DNA from: Camelus ferus
Taxonomy: Eukaryota
Direction: 5' to 3'
DNA: 64,000 bases
Assembly: GCF_009834535.1 (NCBI RefSeq)
Contig: NC_045697.1
Location: 43,340,001 to 43,404,000 of the forward strand
The notes beneath the pieces are model-generated. The model made no database searches. It was not told the DNA's origin and saw nothing but the letters and a program-made list of their open reading frames with translations. Positions 38,931 to 52,340 of this stretch are shown here, piece by piece (within the stretch, counting starts at the first letter, position 1; each line of letters opens with the position of its first letter). Position numbers and translations under genes: made by a program.

Positions 38931-39799
38931 CCATGATTACTTAACATACATCCAGCTATCCAGCTATTAATGTTTTCTTTGTTTTTTAAAATTTGGCCTA
39001 ATAACTTATTCTAATTCTTTTTTTTTCTTTTTTATACACTCTCCAGAACCAAAGTAGTCTAACCAGCTTAGAATTCTGTACAGAAGAATTCTATATCAAA
39101 AAAAAAAAAAAAATTTTAGCAGCTTCTTTTTTAAGTGTAAATATTATCATTACAGAGAAAATGAGTATTACCCTCTTTCGTTAGGAAAGCAAAAGAAAAA
39201 TACTCCTTAAGTTTCCACTAAGAGCGCAGGAAGAAGAAATCAGATTCTTAAAATGCGACAGCCAAGAGAAATCCTTTCCACACACTGTTCTATACCAAAG
39301 TGTTTAAGATGGTATAAGGTAGCATCAGAAATCAACTCTCTAACTCTATGGTGGTAATCATTTCACAGCATATAACTGTATCAGATCTCAATCATACCTC
39401 AATAAAATTGTTTGTTTAAAAAAAGAAGTCACATTTAAACTGTCTCCCAGTTTTAATTCATTCATTCATTCACTTATCGAATAAATATTTATTTTGAGCT
39501 CCCCTTATGTTCTAGAGACTGGGCTGAATACTGTGATGTATTATAGCAAAGACAATATAGACACAGAGCTTAAAACCACACTGCATATGTATAACCCCTT
39601 GCAATATAGGAAATGCTTTCCAATCTACTGTTTTTAAAAGTTCCAAGCCTGGTTTTATGCTAATTGAAAATATCAAAGCATGGATTCTAGGCCCAAGTCT
39701 TCAGGTAACTAAAGCAAAGAAAGCCTGAGGCTCAAAAACTAGAAAAATAAGTAGGATCTCTCCAAACTGAAACAGAACAAAGTCATGTTTGTAGAATTC

Positions 39800-40819
39800 C
39801 ATTTGTTTCCTTCTGTGTGGCTATAGGCCACATATTTAAAGTGAGACAATGTGAAAGTGAAAAGAAAGACATCAATCATTCTGAAAACTAAGTTGAATGC
39901 TTTGGAAATACTTGATAAAGGCAAGTTGTTTTGACGGACAACTGTGGAAAAGAGAAAAATCTTTAAATCTGAAAGAATTTTGCACTTAGGTTTCTCCACC
40001 ACAGTATATTTAAGTTCTTACTTCTCTTTAAAGAAAATGAAACAGGAAAACACGTAAGGTATTTGGCATGTCATTTATACAAGAAATATGAAAATGAGCT
40101 CCAAAAGCAGGCCCATACTAAAATAAAACCAAATGGAGTGAAATAAGTCAGGCAGAGAGAGACAATACTGTATGATACACGTATATGTAGAATCTAGAAA
40201 AGGTGAACTCGTAGACAAGAGTAGAATAGTGGCTACTGGGGGTAGCAGGCTTGGGGGAATAGGTAGTTGGCCAGAGGATACAAACTTACAGTTATGAGGT
40301 AAGTTCTGGGCAATCTACTGTACAGCCTGGTGATTATAGTTAACAATACTGCATTATATGCTTGGAAGTTTCTAAGAGAATAGACCATAAATGTTCTCAC
40401 CACAAAACAGAAACAGTAATCATGTGAGGGGATGATGGCATTAGCTAACATTATGGTGGTAATTATTTCACAATATACAAGTGTATCAAATTAACACGTT
40501 GTACACCTTAAACTGACACAATGTTATATGTCAGTTATATTTCAATAAACCAGAAATAAATAAATAAATAAATTTTTTAAAAGAAAAAATTGAGAAAAAA
40601 CAAATATATTTAAAAAAATACATACATGCATACATTCAACAAAGGAAAACTCTTTACCCTATTTTTTTAAAGAAACGGCAAAAAAGGTACACTAAAACTT
40701 CTGAAGTTACAATAAAAGAGTTAAATTATGTATGACTTTAACAAATCCCAGTTTTAATAATTTTTCAGTTGACTAACCAAGTACCACCCCTGAACAACCT
40801 GAAAAAGAGGGCTCTATTG
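39800..40819 (+). mobile_element. Tigger-family (TcMar, Tigger13-like) element with transposase N-terminal remnant, split by an L1
   Basis: From 39851 translates VKVKRKTSIILKTKLNALEILDKGKLF*RTTVEKRK...VYLSSYFSLKKMKQE, resembling the CENP-B/JRKL-type HTH; GPILK-like motif near 40110; terminal aagagggctctattg followed by TA at 40820-40821. Confidence 0.75.
40135..40575 (+). mobile_element. L1MA9-like 3' end with (TAAA)n tail
   Basis: agtgaaataagtcaggcagag...aatgttctcaccac...gtacaccttaaactgacacaatgttatatgtcagttatatttcaataaa. Confidence 0.9.
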
Positions 40820-40869
40820 TATCTATAAGAAAATCATCAGATTGTCATGAGAATTCTAACTCCACTGGA

Positions 40870-41180
40870 TACTAAAAATCAATAGAACAATAACTTCACT
40901 GTGGTGACAGGAAGTTGGAAACGATCCAGGTGTCCATGTGTTGACAGGTCAAGTGTGATGGAGGTATCCCATGGAGCACTTGGAGCAATTAGAAGCAAGG
41001 TATACATCAAGCAACAGGAATGGTTCCTAAAGCCATATGATGAGTGAAGAAAATTTAGGAACAAAATGAAGTACATATTTGCATAATAACCTTTATGTAC
41101 ATTAAAATATACACACAGAGAATAAGAATACGCTGTCAAACAAAACACATACATTAAATACATTAGAATGGTTTCTCAAA
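40870..41180 (+). mobile_element. L1ME-like fragment
   Basis: gaagttggaaacgatccaggtgtccat...tacattagaatggtt. Confidence 0.65.
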
Positions 41181-41649
41181 AGAAAAAGAAGAAAGGAAAA
41201 GAGTTATTGTAAGTGAGAGGTAATGAATGCAAGCAAACATAGATTCATGCAGGTACCTATACATTCACATATATAAACATACATTCACATGTATATACAT
41301 ACATTCAAGAGGGGCCCTTGCAAAGACCAATGATGATAACAAGGGGTATGATTAACTCGATCCTCTATATCCCAATTTAAAAAGATATATTAATGCCCTT
41401 GGTTATTTAATTTTATTTTTGTCTTCTGTTCACAGACTGAAACCATAGCTCTGGTCAACCATTTTCTTTGCTAGAACAGTCACCAAAACACTGGCAAAAT
41501 AATTTAAATTCCATGCCTTCGCAATGCATCAAGATGTTATGCAAGGCTACTAAGTTAAGCCCCTGGTATGTTAGGAAAAAGTAGTGCCCACACAATTCAC
41601 CAGCTGCTTTTAGTGGTCTACAGCTCTGGGTTCCTGTTAGAGACTGTTC

Positions 41650-42260
41650 CAAGTACTTTACAAATGTTAATTCATTTAATTCTCAAAGCATCCCAAGGTA
41701 GGTACTACTACTACTTTTTACAGAAAAAGAAGCTGAAGTAAGAAGAGGCTATTTAATTCATCTAAAGCCACACAGCTAATTAAGCAGCAGAATCTTAATT
41801 CAAACCCAGGAGGCCTGAGCCCAGAATCTGTGTGTTAACTGCTGCACTATGTAAAGCTGCCTCTTGGATGAGGCAAAATACCCAGATGCACAAATGTCCG
41901 TTCTAATACAGATCCAGAGTCAATGCCTTCCTATAACTAATTAACAAGTGGCATTATGGAAAAATCACCAAATACGGCCAAGACACTACGCAAGATACTG
42001 TACATACTACTGTGTTATCCTCTTTAGTGCTCATATTAACAGCAGAGGAAACTGAACTCAGAAAGGTCAGTCAACTTGCTCCACGTGCCACAGCTAGTAG
42101 GTAGCAGAGCAAGTATTTGAACCCCAGCAGAACCATCATTTTGCATGACTCTGTGAAGGAACACTCATATTGGAGGCTCCGTGAATGACATCCCTGATAT
42201 GTGCTGACCGTGAACCCAGATCTATCTGACTTCAAATCCAGTACTCCTTCCACTGCAAAG
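41650..42260 (-). mobile_element. Two MIR SINEs (~41650-41850 and ~42030-42260); the second is interrupted by an ~85-bp possible MER91-like insert
   Basis: tcatttaattctc...ttttacagaaaaagaagctgaag; gaggaaactgaactcagaaagg...tttgaaccc. Confidence 0.75.
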
Positions 42261-43289
42261 CCTTCGAATCAAATACGGCCTTAGAGCATAATCAAACACA
42301 GTGATAAATGACTCTGCAAGGCTTTGCCATAGATTGGCATTTCAATACTATTAGATCTTGAATACTCAATGCTCAAATTGCTCTCTTACTTCAGGAATAT
42401 GATTTCACCCTATTCCTCTTTGTTCATTTCTCTGGTCTTCAAATTACAAATTCCATCAAGCCACCACAACATTATAAAATTCATTAAGTATTTAGGGAAA
42501 CAACTCTTGACAGATATTCCACTGCGCTGAAAAACCTCTTCATTTTTAGTAGAATAATCAAAGTATAGTTTTTAAATGATCTTTTCTGATAGCATGTAGT
42601 CTGTTAGTAAGCATTTTCCTAACCTTATCATTCATTCATCCATTCATTTCTGAGTTTATTCAGTTTTCATTATGTGCCAGATATTCTTTGAAAATATTAT
42701 TTAACTAACTTTAAATTTAGTCAGAAAATTCTATAATTAAGCAACCACAATATATTTGAGGTGACTTCTACCATCTCATTATATTCTTTTCAGTGGTTCA
42801 TCTTTCTTTGCTCTATTGATTACTTTTGTTAGCATCTTTCTAAACGATTGCTAATACCTGTTGGAGACAGTAAACACTACAATCTGAGGATCAGCTACTT
42901 CTCTGCATAATCAAAAGGCAAGTGGTACAAAAAGATGCAGTAGGGGATGCCATGTGATGTGCCCATTGCCAAGGGAGATGTGTGTGTGTGTGTGAATCTG
43001 TCAGAAGAGGTCAACTCTGAGGACCCATTCTCCAGCACATCACAGCGTTAAGACCATGTAAAGCACCCACCTCTCAAACACTGCCTTGGAGTTTTTCTCA
43101 CGACACCTTGACCCTCCCACCATTCTTCCAAAGGGAAATACATAAGTAAATGATGGCCTCTGCCTAGTGAAAGAGAAGACTATATGATAAGATACAAAAT
43201 GTTTTCAAACCCCTAGAAACTAAGAACAGATAGCTTCAGTTTTTTGAATAGTTAAACATGACATAAACAGAATAACAATGATGTGTACT

Positions 43290-43635
43290 TCCAAGGCATG
43301 TGCCATGTGCTAGGCACTATTCAATGTGACTTTCGTATATTTAATCTCGTTAAATCTTCACAACAACCTTATCAGGTGGGTTAATTTTCATCTCCACTTT
43401 ATAAGGGAGGAAAGAAGAAAAAGCCCGGGGGAAAAATCTAAATCCTTAAAACAACTAACAATTATGAGCACTTACTATGTGCTAGGCCCTATCTTTGGAG
43501 GTACTAATAATGCATTTAATCTTCACGTTGCCATCCCTATTTTACAGAAGAGGAAACTGAGGCACAATTGATAAACAGTAGAGCTGAGATTTAAACCCAG
43601 GCCCAGATCCTACACTCTTAAGCACTGCTCTCTAC
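43290..43635 (-). mobile_element. Two tandem MIR SINEs
   Basis: catgtgctaggcact...aatcttcacaacaacc; gagcacttactatgtgctagg...tttacagaagaggaaactgaggcaca. Confidence 0.9.
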
Positions 43636-43894
43636 AGCCAGGAACTGACCAAAGGTTAGCAGAGGAAAGCATGCTGGATTATCATTTCCATAATTCAAAT
43701 AACAAATTGATATATACCTTTGAAAGATCAATATCTTAAGGGTATATTATATGGCAGCGAATCTTAATAATCTAGACACAATTACTAAATAATTGCATAT
43801 CCAGGTAAGAGTTCAGTCATATATGCCTCCAAGAAGACTTTTCCTACCTGGCTCTGCCACTGACCCCCTCCCCCACATAGGTAATCACTTTCTC

Positions 43895-44606
43895 TGAAAC
43901 ATAGCAGGACCCTATGGGGCTTTCCCAGGACAGACCCTCCCCCATGTCCTCTGCCTGCCTCTTGTCTGTAGAAAAACTTTAGTCAAAGAATAAATTTAAT
44001 CAGAGAAATAAGAAAATACAGAAACAAAGGGAAATAGTTAAGCAAAATGGGATAATAATAGTTAAGTCATTAAACAAAGTCAAGGACCTTTAGTTCCTCC
44101 TCAGGGGCTGTAGATAATGTCTGAGCCGTATCCTTTGAGTTGTCTTGTAGAGGCTGAAACCCCCACCAGGGGGGAGGAGTTAACTACATGATGACCAGAT
44201 GGTAGCCATGACATAAGCTGCCACAATTCTGAGAACTGGCCTCAAACAAACAGGAACAAACTGACCCTGGAACTGAAGATTAACTGTACTTAAAACAATC
44301 GAGTTGATGCTGATCAGATCACTACATGACTAATTTCTGGATGACTGTCAGAGCTGACTGTGCCGTTCTGCATGGAGCCCCCTCCTTCTGCCTGTACACC
44401 CCTGACAATCCCCTTTAAAAGCTCTTACCCCTAATTATCAGTGGGGTGGCAGTAAGGGGTGGGGGATTGGCCTTTGGATGGGAGTCTGCCTTCCCCCTCA
44501 CTGATGGCCAGCCTCCAGAAAAAAAGCAAACTTTTCTTTTACCAACATGTGCCTCCCTTTGTATTGGCTTTCCACGGCAAGCAGCCAGACCTGTGTTTCG
44601 GTAACA
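43895..44606 (+). mobile_element. Full-length solo ERV1-type LTR (712 bp) inserted in an L2
   Basis: tgaaac...gtaaca termini; flanks tctc/cctc (4-bp TSD, one mismatch); TATA-like tttaaaa near 44414; L2 3' end resumes at 44607-44815. Confidence 0.9.
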
Positions 44607-44959
44607 CCTCCTCTTCACTTTATAATTCTTTAATTGTTATACTTCTATTGTTACACTCTGGGACTATAGTTTTTTACTGCACATTTGTCTCTCCCCAGAC
44701 TCTGGCTTTTCTAGGTCAGAGACTCTTTTTTCCATTCTCTATTCCTAGCATCATGCACAATGTCTGGCACAGGGTTGGCCTTAAACTGCTATTTGTTTAA
44801 TGAATCAATGAATGATCCACATTCTGAGGAAACAAGAGTCACTGGCATAGGTAGTCCCAGTCTATCACTCCCAATTTTGGCAATAGAATTATGAAAGTGG
44901 TAAGAATATGACGCTAATGTGGTTAAAAAGATCTGGCATTGAGATAGATGAATGCCAGT

Positions 44960-45110
44960 TGACCACAGATAGAGGAATGAGTCTAGCTGAGACCAGCTAA
45001 GCTCAGTCTAAACCAATGGAACAACACAGCTGACTCATAAGCAGTAATAAATGGCTATTGTTTCAAGCATTGAATGTTGGGGTGCTTTGTTATGCAGCAA
45101 TAGCTATCTC
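44960..45110 (+). mobile_element. MLT1H-like LTR 3' fragment
   Basis: aataaatggctattgtttcaagc...ttgttatgcagcaatagcta. Confidence 0.75.
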
Positions 45111-45319
45111 ACATGGGCAACTTCGAAAAAGATTGTTTTGTTGGATTTGTTCACATATTGAAAGAAAAAAGGAAATGTACTCTTGCGACCCAAAAGGTAA
45201 TACAAAATAACCAAAACACCCCTTCAGGTCAACAGACAAAATATTTAAGAAATGATACATTCAGAACCTTTAGTGTGTTCAAAAGCCAGCTCAGAATTCC
45301 ACAGTCTCAGAAAGTATTA

Positions 45320-45780
45320 TCCATTTATTCATTCTTTCATTCATTTGTTTATTCATTCCTCAGACATTTCAATGCCTGATATATACAACATAGTTATACT
45401 TTAGAAATGCAGGCAATAATAAGAGATTCCTTGGCCTAAAAGTGTTTCACACTAGTGCTTTACCAGTAAGGGACATAGATCTATTGGAAAGAAGTGCAGT
45501 AAAGTGTTGCAGGTGCCATAATAAACACACAGCAGAGGTCCAAGGGAGGGAGTGGTTGATCCGCACGTTTGGGTTGGGAGGCAGGAAGGGGTAGGGGTTG
45601 AGTCAATCAGGAAAAGCTTCAGAAAGAGTTTGCTCTTTTGAGTTGAACCTTCCTAGATAAGTATTTGTTCTTCAACTGGATGGAGAACATTCCAGGCAGA
45701 AGATGTGAACAAAGTCAAAGAAGTGTGGATCTTACCAGTGTGCCCAGGATGACAGGGACATTCAGGGCCAGGCGAAGCTA
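45320..45780 (-). mobile_element. L2 fragment
   Basis: (ttca)n-like end; aatcaggaaaagcttcag...gagaacattccaggcagaag. Confidence 0.8.
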
Positions 45781-45889
45781 AGGGAGAAACAATGTCAGGG
45801 AGGTGAGCAGTCACCTTTTCTTTGATCCATCCACCTTGGACAATGCCACAGGGACAAAACTCTCCACTTTGCAAACTTTGCAAACTATG

Positions 45890-46885
45890 TAAAATGTAAA
45901 CCCCTTACCATGTGCACCAAGACCTCACCAGCCTCATCCGTTGCTAGTGTTCTATGCCAGGCACTCATATTACTCACAATCTCTTTCACATCTCTGTGCA
46001 ACCCGTTCCCTTTGCATATAATTCACTTCCCCATCCTCTTTGTCTGCCTAATCCAGAGGTCTCAACCTGGTGGCACGTGACCTGTGTGCATGTTTTGTTC
46101 CATCCATAGAGGGCTTACATTTTAAATTGTTTCCCAACATAAATTTTGGATATTTAATGGAGTGGGAGGGTGGGTCTTGATTTCTGGCTTATCTAGAGGG
46201 GAAAGGAGAATTATCTAGCTATCATTTCTGAAAAACAATAGTTAGTTGGAGTCTCCATCACCCCCTTTTGTCTCCAAAATGCTAAGGCTGAGTATCAGTT
46301 GCCATGGATCACATAACTTACATGGTTGTCTTTTTTATAGAAAAGCGACAAATGTGGTGAATGCCATGGGCACCAAATCCAGACTACCTAGGTCTGAGCC
46401 CTGATTATGCTACTCCAGGCTGACATGACCTTACACTAGTTGTTCAATGTTTGTGCTTCAGTCTCCTCAACAGTAAAATAGAGATAATAATAGGAAGAAA
46501 AAGAAGAAGAAAAATTAAATAAATTAATACAAATAAAGTACCAAGAAAGTGAATGTCTTGCACTGAATTGCTGTTCTGCTTAATTTTTTTAACAGTTGTT
46601 TTCATTTATATTATGTTCCTGACTCCTCCAGGAGTTTGAGTTTGCAACCCCTGTCCTAACCAAATCCTACTGTCCTTGTAACAACTCAAAGACTATTTCT
46701 TCTGTGCATTTTATAAATGCTCCAGGGTGTGCCCTGTGTTTATTTGGTTATATGCTTGCCTCTCTCATCAGACAGAGAGTTTCATGAGAGCATGAACCAT
46801 GTCTTATTCATTTTTATTTTAATCTCCTGCTCCAAGCACAGTGCCAGCTACATAAAAACTGTTCAATAAATGTCACTGAATCAAT
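45890..46885 (+). mobile_element. L2 interrupted by a MER102-like hAT element (~46055-46653) that itself contains a MIR (~46350-46540)
   Basis: cagaggtctcaacctgg...ttgatttctggctt...tttgagtttgcaacccctg; L2 end gcacagtgccagctaca...ttcaataaatgtcactgaat. Confidence 0.7.
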
Positions 46886-47409
46886 GCTAATCTCTCCTAC
46901 TCTAGATACCTTAAAGCATTTATATACAGTTTGATTTGTATTAAGTAATTTGTTCTTTTTTGGCTGGTGCTTTGTAAAAGTTCTTCATCATCTTCTGTGT
47001 GTGAGCCTTGGTCCTTAGCTACTTTGTGAGTGGATGGCAGGGCCATAACTTCCTTTCTTTTGAATTAAGCCTTCACACAAGACATAGTAGCATCTGCTCT
47101 TGTTTGGATACACACACACTCCACACAGTAGAACTGTAAATGTTTGAATAGCTCCAGAGTGGTCCGGGAACTGGTCATATCCTCATATAATGTCACCAGC
47201 ATCCAGAGTTAGTTGGTGGATGAGAATGAATGGCATTCATCAGTTGTTGCTCTCTCTTTCATTCTCTTTCCTCTATTATCATTAGCTCATCTACCAGGAA
47301 TGGCAGGAAGAACATGAGAAAGATTCTCTGGGATTATCTAGGCTCTAAAAATAGTTAGAGACCAGGAGAACACTGCTGAAATGGAAGAAATGGGAGGGGG
47401 TGGAATTAG

Positions 47410-47625
47410 CATTCATTGAGCAACAATTACTTATACATCACATACATGATACCTAATTTCCTAAAACAATTTTATGAAGTATAGGAAGTACCTCCACTTC
47501 GTAGGAAGAAACTGATGCTGCAAGGAGTTATGTCATTGCTTAAAGTCACCCAACCCATAAGGGTTAGAACCAGATGTTGGACCCAGGTTCGCCAGTCCGA
47601 ATATCCATGCTCTTTCCACTATTCC
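47410..47625 (-). mobile_element. MIR SINE
   Basis: ggaagaaactgatgctg...aaagtcacc...acccaggttc...ccatgctctttccact. Confidence 0.75.
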
Positions 47626-48289
47626 ACACCAACCCAAGACAGCAGATTGAGAAAAGACATGCTAACTTTCTAAACAGGAGAATTGAATACAAGTGTCAGG
47701 AGAACAGAAGCTAAGCATGAAGCACCATTTGAAATACTATAACTAAAAATAAGAAAAGCACTGAGACCTCCAAAAAAGATACTCACATATGACAGCCATT
47801 GATCTATTTTTCCATTTTATTCAACATGAATAAATAATTCTCTTCTAGACTGTACAATATGGAAGGATTTGGGGAGTTTAGAGTACCGATCACAGACAAA
47901 ACACACATAAAAGGAGGGGACAATGAGTAAATAGTCAAGTGGGGACTTCCTCTCTTTGTAACAACACCGGAGGAAGAGGTAGAATGGTTTCCTTAGGTGA
48001 AAACCTCATTTTTTCCCAAATATTAACTCATTGTGTTATATTACTGATGATTTTGAATCAGGAGTTTCTAGTTTTTCTGCTTCTTTTCTTAAACAAAAGG
48101 CAACCTCTAGCTGGTAATGACTACCTTCACTCCTCATCTCGGATAGCTATTGGACAGCTATTGTACTTTTGGAGTTACCTTCAGCACCAATGGCCTGCAA
48201 GATCTGGATATTCTGCCTGAAGATCTGGCATCCACTGGTTTATCTTAAGAAAGTTCTTCAACTCTACTAACTTCTACTAATACTAGTAA

Positions 48290-48470
48290 CTAACTTTTAT
48301 TGATGCCCACTATGTACCAGCACTGTGTTAAGTGTGCCACACAGGTTATCTCATTTCATCCTCATGACAATCTAAAAGATTAGAATGATTATTATTGTTC
48401 ATGTTGTGAAGAAATTGAGGCACAGAGATATTCAGAAACTTGTCAAAGATCACAGAGTTAGGAAGTAAAA
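48290..48470 (-). mobile_element. MIR SINE
   Basis: tttattgatgcccactatgtaccagcactgtgttaag...gaaattgaggcacagaga. Confidence 0.88.
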
Positions 48471-49893
48471 TGGTGATGCCAGAATGTTACTATTGTCTGG
48501 ACATGATGGTTGAGTCCATCCCAGATGTTAACTGAAATCATTGCTGTAAGTCCAGTCTTCCCTACGTGCAAATGGCTGTGGAGTTCCTAAATAAAGAATG
48601 ATAATCCCTGAACATGGAGAAATTGCTTTTAATAGCTATGTCTACCGTAAATCAAGGATGGAGAAGCCAGTTAGGAAGGTTACACAATTGGATCTTTACT
48701 TTTAATGGCTCATCCTGAGTCATTCCAGGATGAAATAACTAGCTATCATGAAATGTGACCTCAGGCTCAGGATCATGCAGCCCACATTTTTGCTGTTGAG
48801 GACCTAGAATTATGTGATTCTATACTTACATTCTTATTAACTTTCTGGATTTGATCATGCACTGTGATCTATTCTATTCAAACAGAATATCTAGGTTTCC
48901 AAGTCCATTCTGTTTGAAGATTGGAATAGCTCAAAAAGAAGGCAACCAGAGGCATAGACTTGACTATGGCAGGGGAAGATAAACGTGTGTGGGTGTAGAT
49001 ATCAAATGGGAAGAAACCTGGGAGAAAATTACTGCAGAAAGCAAAATAATCAATCAGTGATGTCAGATGACAAGGATGATCAGAATCTATAGATGGGGCA
49101 GGATTCCAAATCAGGTTTAAGATCAAGAGAAAGTAGTACAAAGGAAATGCTTGAACAGGAACATGTGAGTCACAAGATAATCAAATGTAAGTTCTTCAAT
49201 CTTGTTTTTTGATGTCTGAAGATCACCCAAGATAACCTAGTCTTAATTGGTAAACACATACTCAGTGTGGATCAACAGTTCCTTCAAGACAGATTCCATG
49301 TTTATAAGAAATTCCTTCAAAGGTTAGAATTTCAAATGACCAGAATGTGCTGTCATTTTTGTGGGAATTGAATGAGTAGACTCTGAAACCCTGGGGAAAC
49401 TGTAACTATCTAAGATAATTTTGAATTCTGTCTATAATACAAGCATGTTGGGCAACTGATTAGGACAGTAAACTTCAAATTTATTATTAGCAGTCCAAGT
49501 TTTTTTTATTTCATTTGTGAACATCAAATAAGTGAACCAAAAACAGACTGGCTGGTGAAGACAGCCCAGAGTCACATCCACTCTCTGTCCTTCAAGCACT
49601 CCATGAAATTATGTCAGTTTCTGCTCTGAAGACTCTTACTAATCATGACCACTTGAATGTTAGCCAACTTCTCCTTTATTATAATACTAAGAAAGGAAGC
49701 AAAAATACTTTAAAAGATATTTAAACATACTAAAAAAGAAACTAAGAATACCAAAAATAGGAGAATCTTTAACCTTCCTGTTATGGTGGGAAGTGGATCT
49801 ATTTTCTGAAAATGTATTCTAGGGACAAGTTGGTGCAAAATAGTTCTAGAAATAATGAAAGAACTAAAATTTTCTACTAAACCTATATCAAGT

Positions 49894-50448
49894 TGTAAGG
49901 GAGCAAAAATTGCCAACCCAAAATATCTCTTTGGCATGCAGATTATTTTGAGCTAAAATCGAAGGCCAAAAGACTTGGGAAGAACCTTTGCGCTTCCCCC
50001 CAACTGCCTAAAGATTGTAGATGGAGGACCCTTCCAGGAAGGAAGCTATCACCATAGGTAACTATGGTATGAACTAGGAATAGTAGACAGGGAAGAACCT
50101 AACAAAGCCTGTTTGCCAAGCTTCCTCTCTGTGTCCCACTGTCTCTGCATAGCCCAGCAAATATTTGCTTACCAAACATTTGCTTTTCCATCACCATATC
50201 TTCAATTGCCTTCCTCCTCTTGGAAGTCCCAAACCACTAACCTCAACATCCTCTCTTGTCTTCAGCTAAAGATGGCATTTACGGTGAGGGCTTTGAATAT
50301 TGTGGCAAGCCACTCAGTTTTATAGGCCTCTTCCACGTATACATGTTATTAAGTTTTTGTTTGATTTCCTCCTGTTAATATGTCTCATGTTAATTTATTC
50401 TTAGACTAACTTACAAGAAGGTAGAGGAAAATTGCTTCCTTTCTGACA
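49894..50448 (+). mobile_element. Solo ERV1 LTR (MER34-like)
   Basis: tgtaaggg...ctgaca termini with perfect 4-bp TSD aagt (49890-49893 / 50449-50452). Confidence 0.9.
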
Positions 50449-51192
50449 AAGTACAAGGGCAAAACTAGATGTAAAGAGTATTTGTACACTCTTTGTATAC
50501 TCTGTACTGAGGTCCTGTCTGAGTTTTTATTCACTTTCTTTTCACTTGAGTTCAGTAGCTCCAGATAATATCAGAGGAGTTTGTGAATCAAAAATCAGTG
50601 CTTCTACTTTTTAGTTATTTTTATATTGGGACCATGAAACTCTATAAGTGAAGAAACAAAACTGTTTCCAAATCTAGATTTAGATCAGGGACTGGAATCT
50701 GACTTAAAATACAAATATATTTACTGAAATATATATTTTCAGTGGGATACTGAAGTCAACTTTTCTAAAGGGAATTTCTTTATGGTTTGCTATTTAATTC
50801 TAGGGTGAGGGATCCATATGTGAATATTAATAAGGTAGCACACAAAACTTTACCTACAACTTGAATTGAAAGTGGACTATGAAAACTGTAAAAATAGTAC
50901 TTATTTTCCATAATGAAAAGAAATAACAAAAAACTTCGAAATTACAATAGAGTGAGTGGTTGAATAGAGCACAAAGAGAAGCTCACCACATAGAACAGAA
51001 ACTAGAGTAGGTTTTGCCTATTGGTTGGCAGAGTCTGTTTGGAATCTTACATGGAGAATGATTCAGAAGACACCCTGGGCTCACCTTGAAGGAGTGCCCT
51101 GGTTGACCAGCAAAATTTACTGTGGCCCTGGTGTCAGGGAGAGGTAGTAATACGTCAGGTGTTTTCTATCGCTGATTTAGTCCCCCCAAAGT

Positions 51193-51227
51193 TTAAGATA
51201 TTAAGATATTAGATATTAAGATATTAG
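51193..51227. repeat. Short tandem repeat (TTAAGATA)~4
   Basis: Directly visible, one unit has a 1-bp deletion. Confidence 0.85.
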
Positions 51228-51251
51228 GAATGAATAAATCTGCATGATACA

Positions 51252-51582
51252 TGTATTAGTCAAAATAGGCTAGGCAGGTCTAAGGTAATAAATATAACCC
51301 AAAATCTCAATGACTAACACAATAAAGGTGTGTTTGCCAGTCAATCAAAGTCTGAAGCAGCCCTCCTCCATCTTGCAGGTGGACCATCTGTACACTGGCC
51401 TCCAAGGTCACTGTGGCCAAGGGAGTAAGTGGGAAGACGGTAGGTGATATCTGAAAAGGCTACGCTGAAACTGGCCTGCATCCATGGCACCTACCTCCTA
51501 TGGGCCAGGATCCAATCACACAGCCCGTACCTAGCTGGAACACGTGGATACTGGGGGAACATTAGCAGCTTCTGCCACAGAA
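51252..51582 (-). mobile_element. MLT1J-like MaLR LTR
   Basis: tgtattagtcaaaataggctagg...aaaatctcaatgactaacacaataaagg...tctgccaca. Confidence 0.75.
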
Positions 51583-51849
51583 CATGAAGGCAACCTGTGA
51601 AACTGATTCTGGGCTTTTTCTAGGACAAGGAAGTTATTGTTATTCAATTAATTTAACTTCATACTGGCCTATGTGGCAGGCAAAGAGCATTTCCTCTTAC
51701 CTAAGCCTGAAGGTGAAAAAGAAGTGAAAATAAACTTCAACCAATCAGGACAAAATGAGAGCTGCTAACTGGGCATGAGTCAACAACAAGCACATGTTGT
51801 CCAACCCTAGATCCTTACTTTCTTGCCCTAGTGGTTAATAGAGTGTGAA

Positions 51850-52340
51850 GTCTAGGTTCCAGCAGAAAAAGGAATCCAATACAGATGGCTCAAGAGGCTT
51901 TAATGAAGAACTGTTTATAAAGGTTTGGATAGAGTTAAGAGAATCAGCAATGAATGGTGAGGTGCCCAGAAACCACAAACAGCAGAAAACGGTTGCCACC
52001 TAGAATTTGTTCCAGAAAGGGCAAGAAGAAGAACAGTGTTCCCAGAGCCCAGTGAGTGCCAGAAACAGGGAGGAGGAGCAACCTGACAGGAGCTGTAGTC
52101 CTAGAGGGATGTCGCCATTGTGAGAGAATATGCCCAGAGCATGGATGGAACAGAGAGGAAATGCCCTGACCTCACTCTCTTCCAGCCTTTCCAGTCTCCT
52201 ACCAGTACCTCCCACTGGCTAGCTGACTAGGAAGCCAGGGCAATCTGTCTATGACGATCAGCCCCCAGGAGAAGTGAGCAAAGCAAAACAGGAGGAGTGG
52301 GGTTGGGGGCAGAGGGGTGGAGTCCCGGCAAACAGAAAAG
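51850..52340 (-). mobile_element. Ancient ERVL-type LTR
   Basis: ggttccagcagaaa...tttaatgaagaactgtttataaagg...cctcccactggct; family not resolved. Confidence 0.6.

Noticed and set aside
41969..42280. 11-bp direct repeat caaatacggcc 301 bp apart flanking a MIR
   Set aside because: MIRs are too old to retain exact TSDs and the repeats do not abut the element ends; probably chance
16465..43812. Several plus-strand AG|GTAAG donors (about 16470, 27663, 30623, 35860, 43804)
   Set aside because: About the number expected by chance in 64 kb, and none pairs with a strong acceptor and open frame
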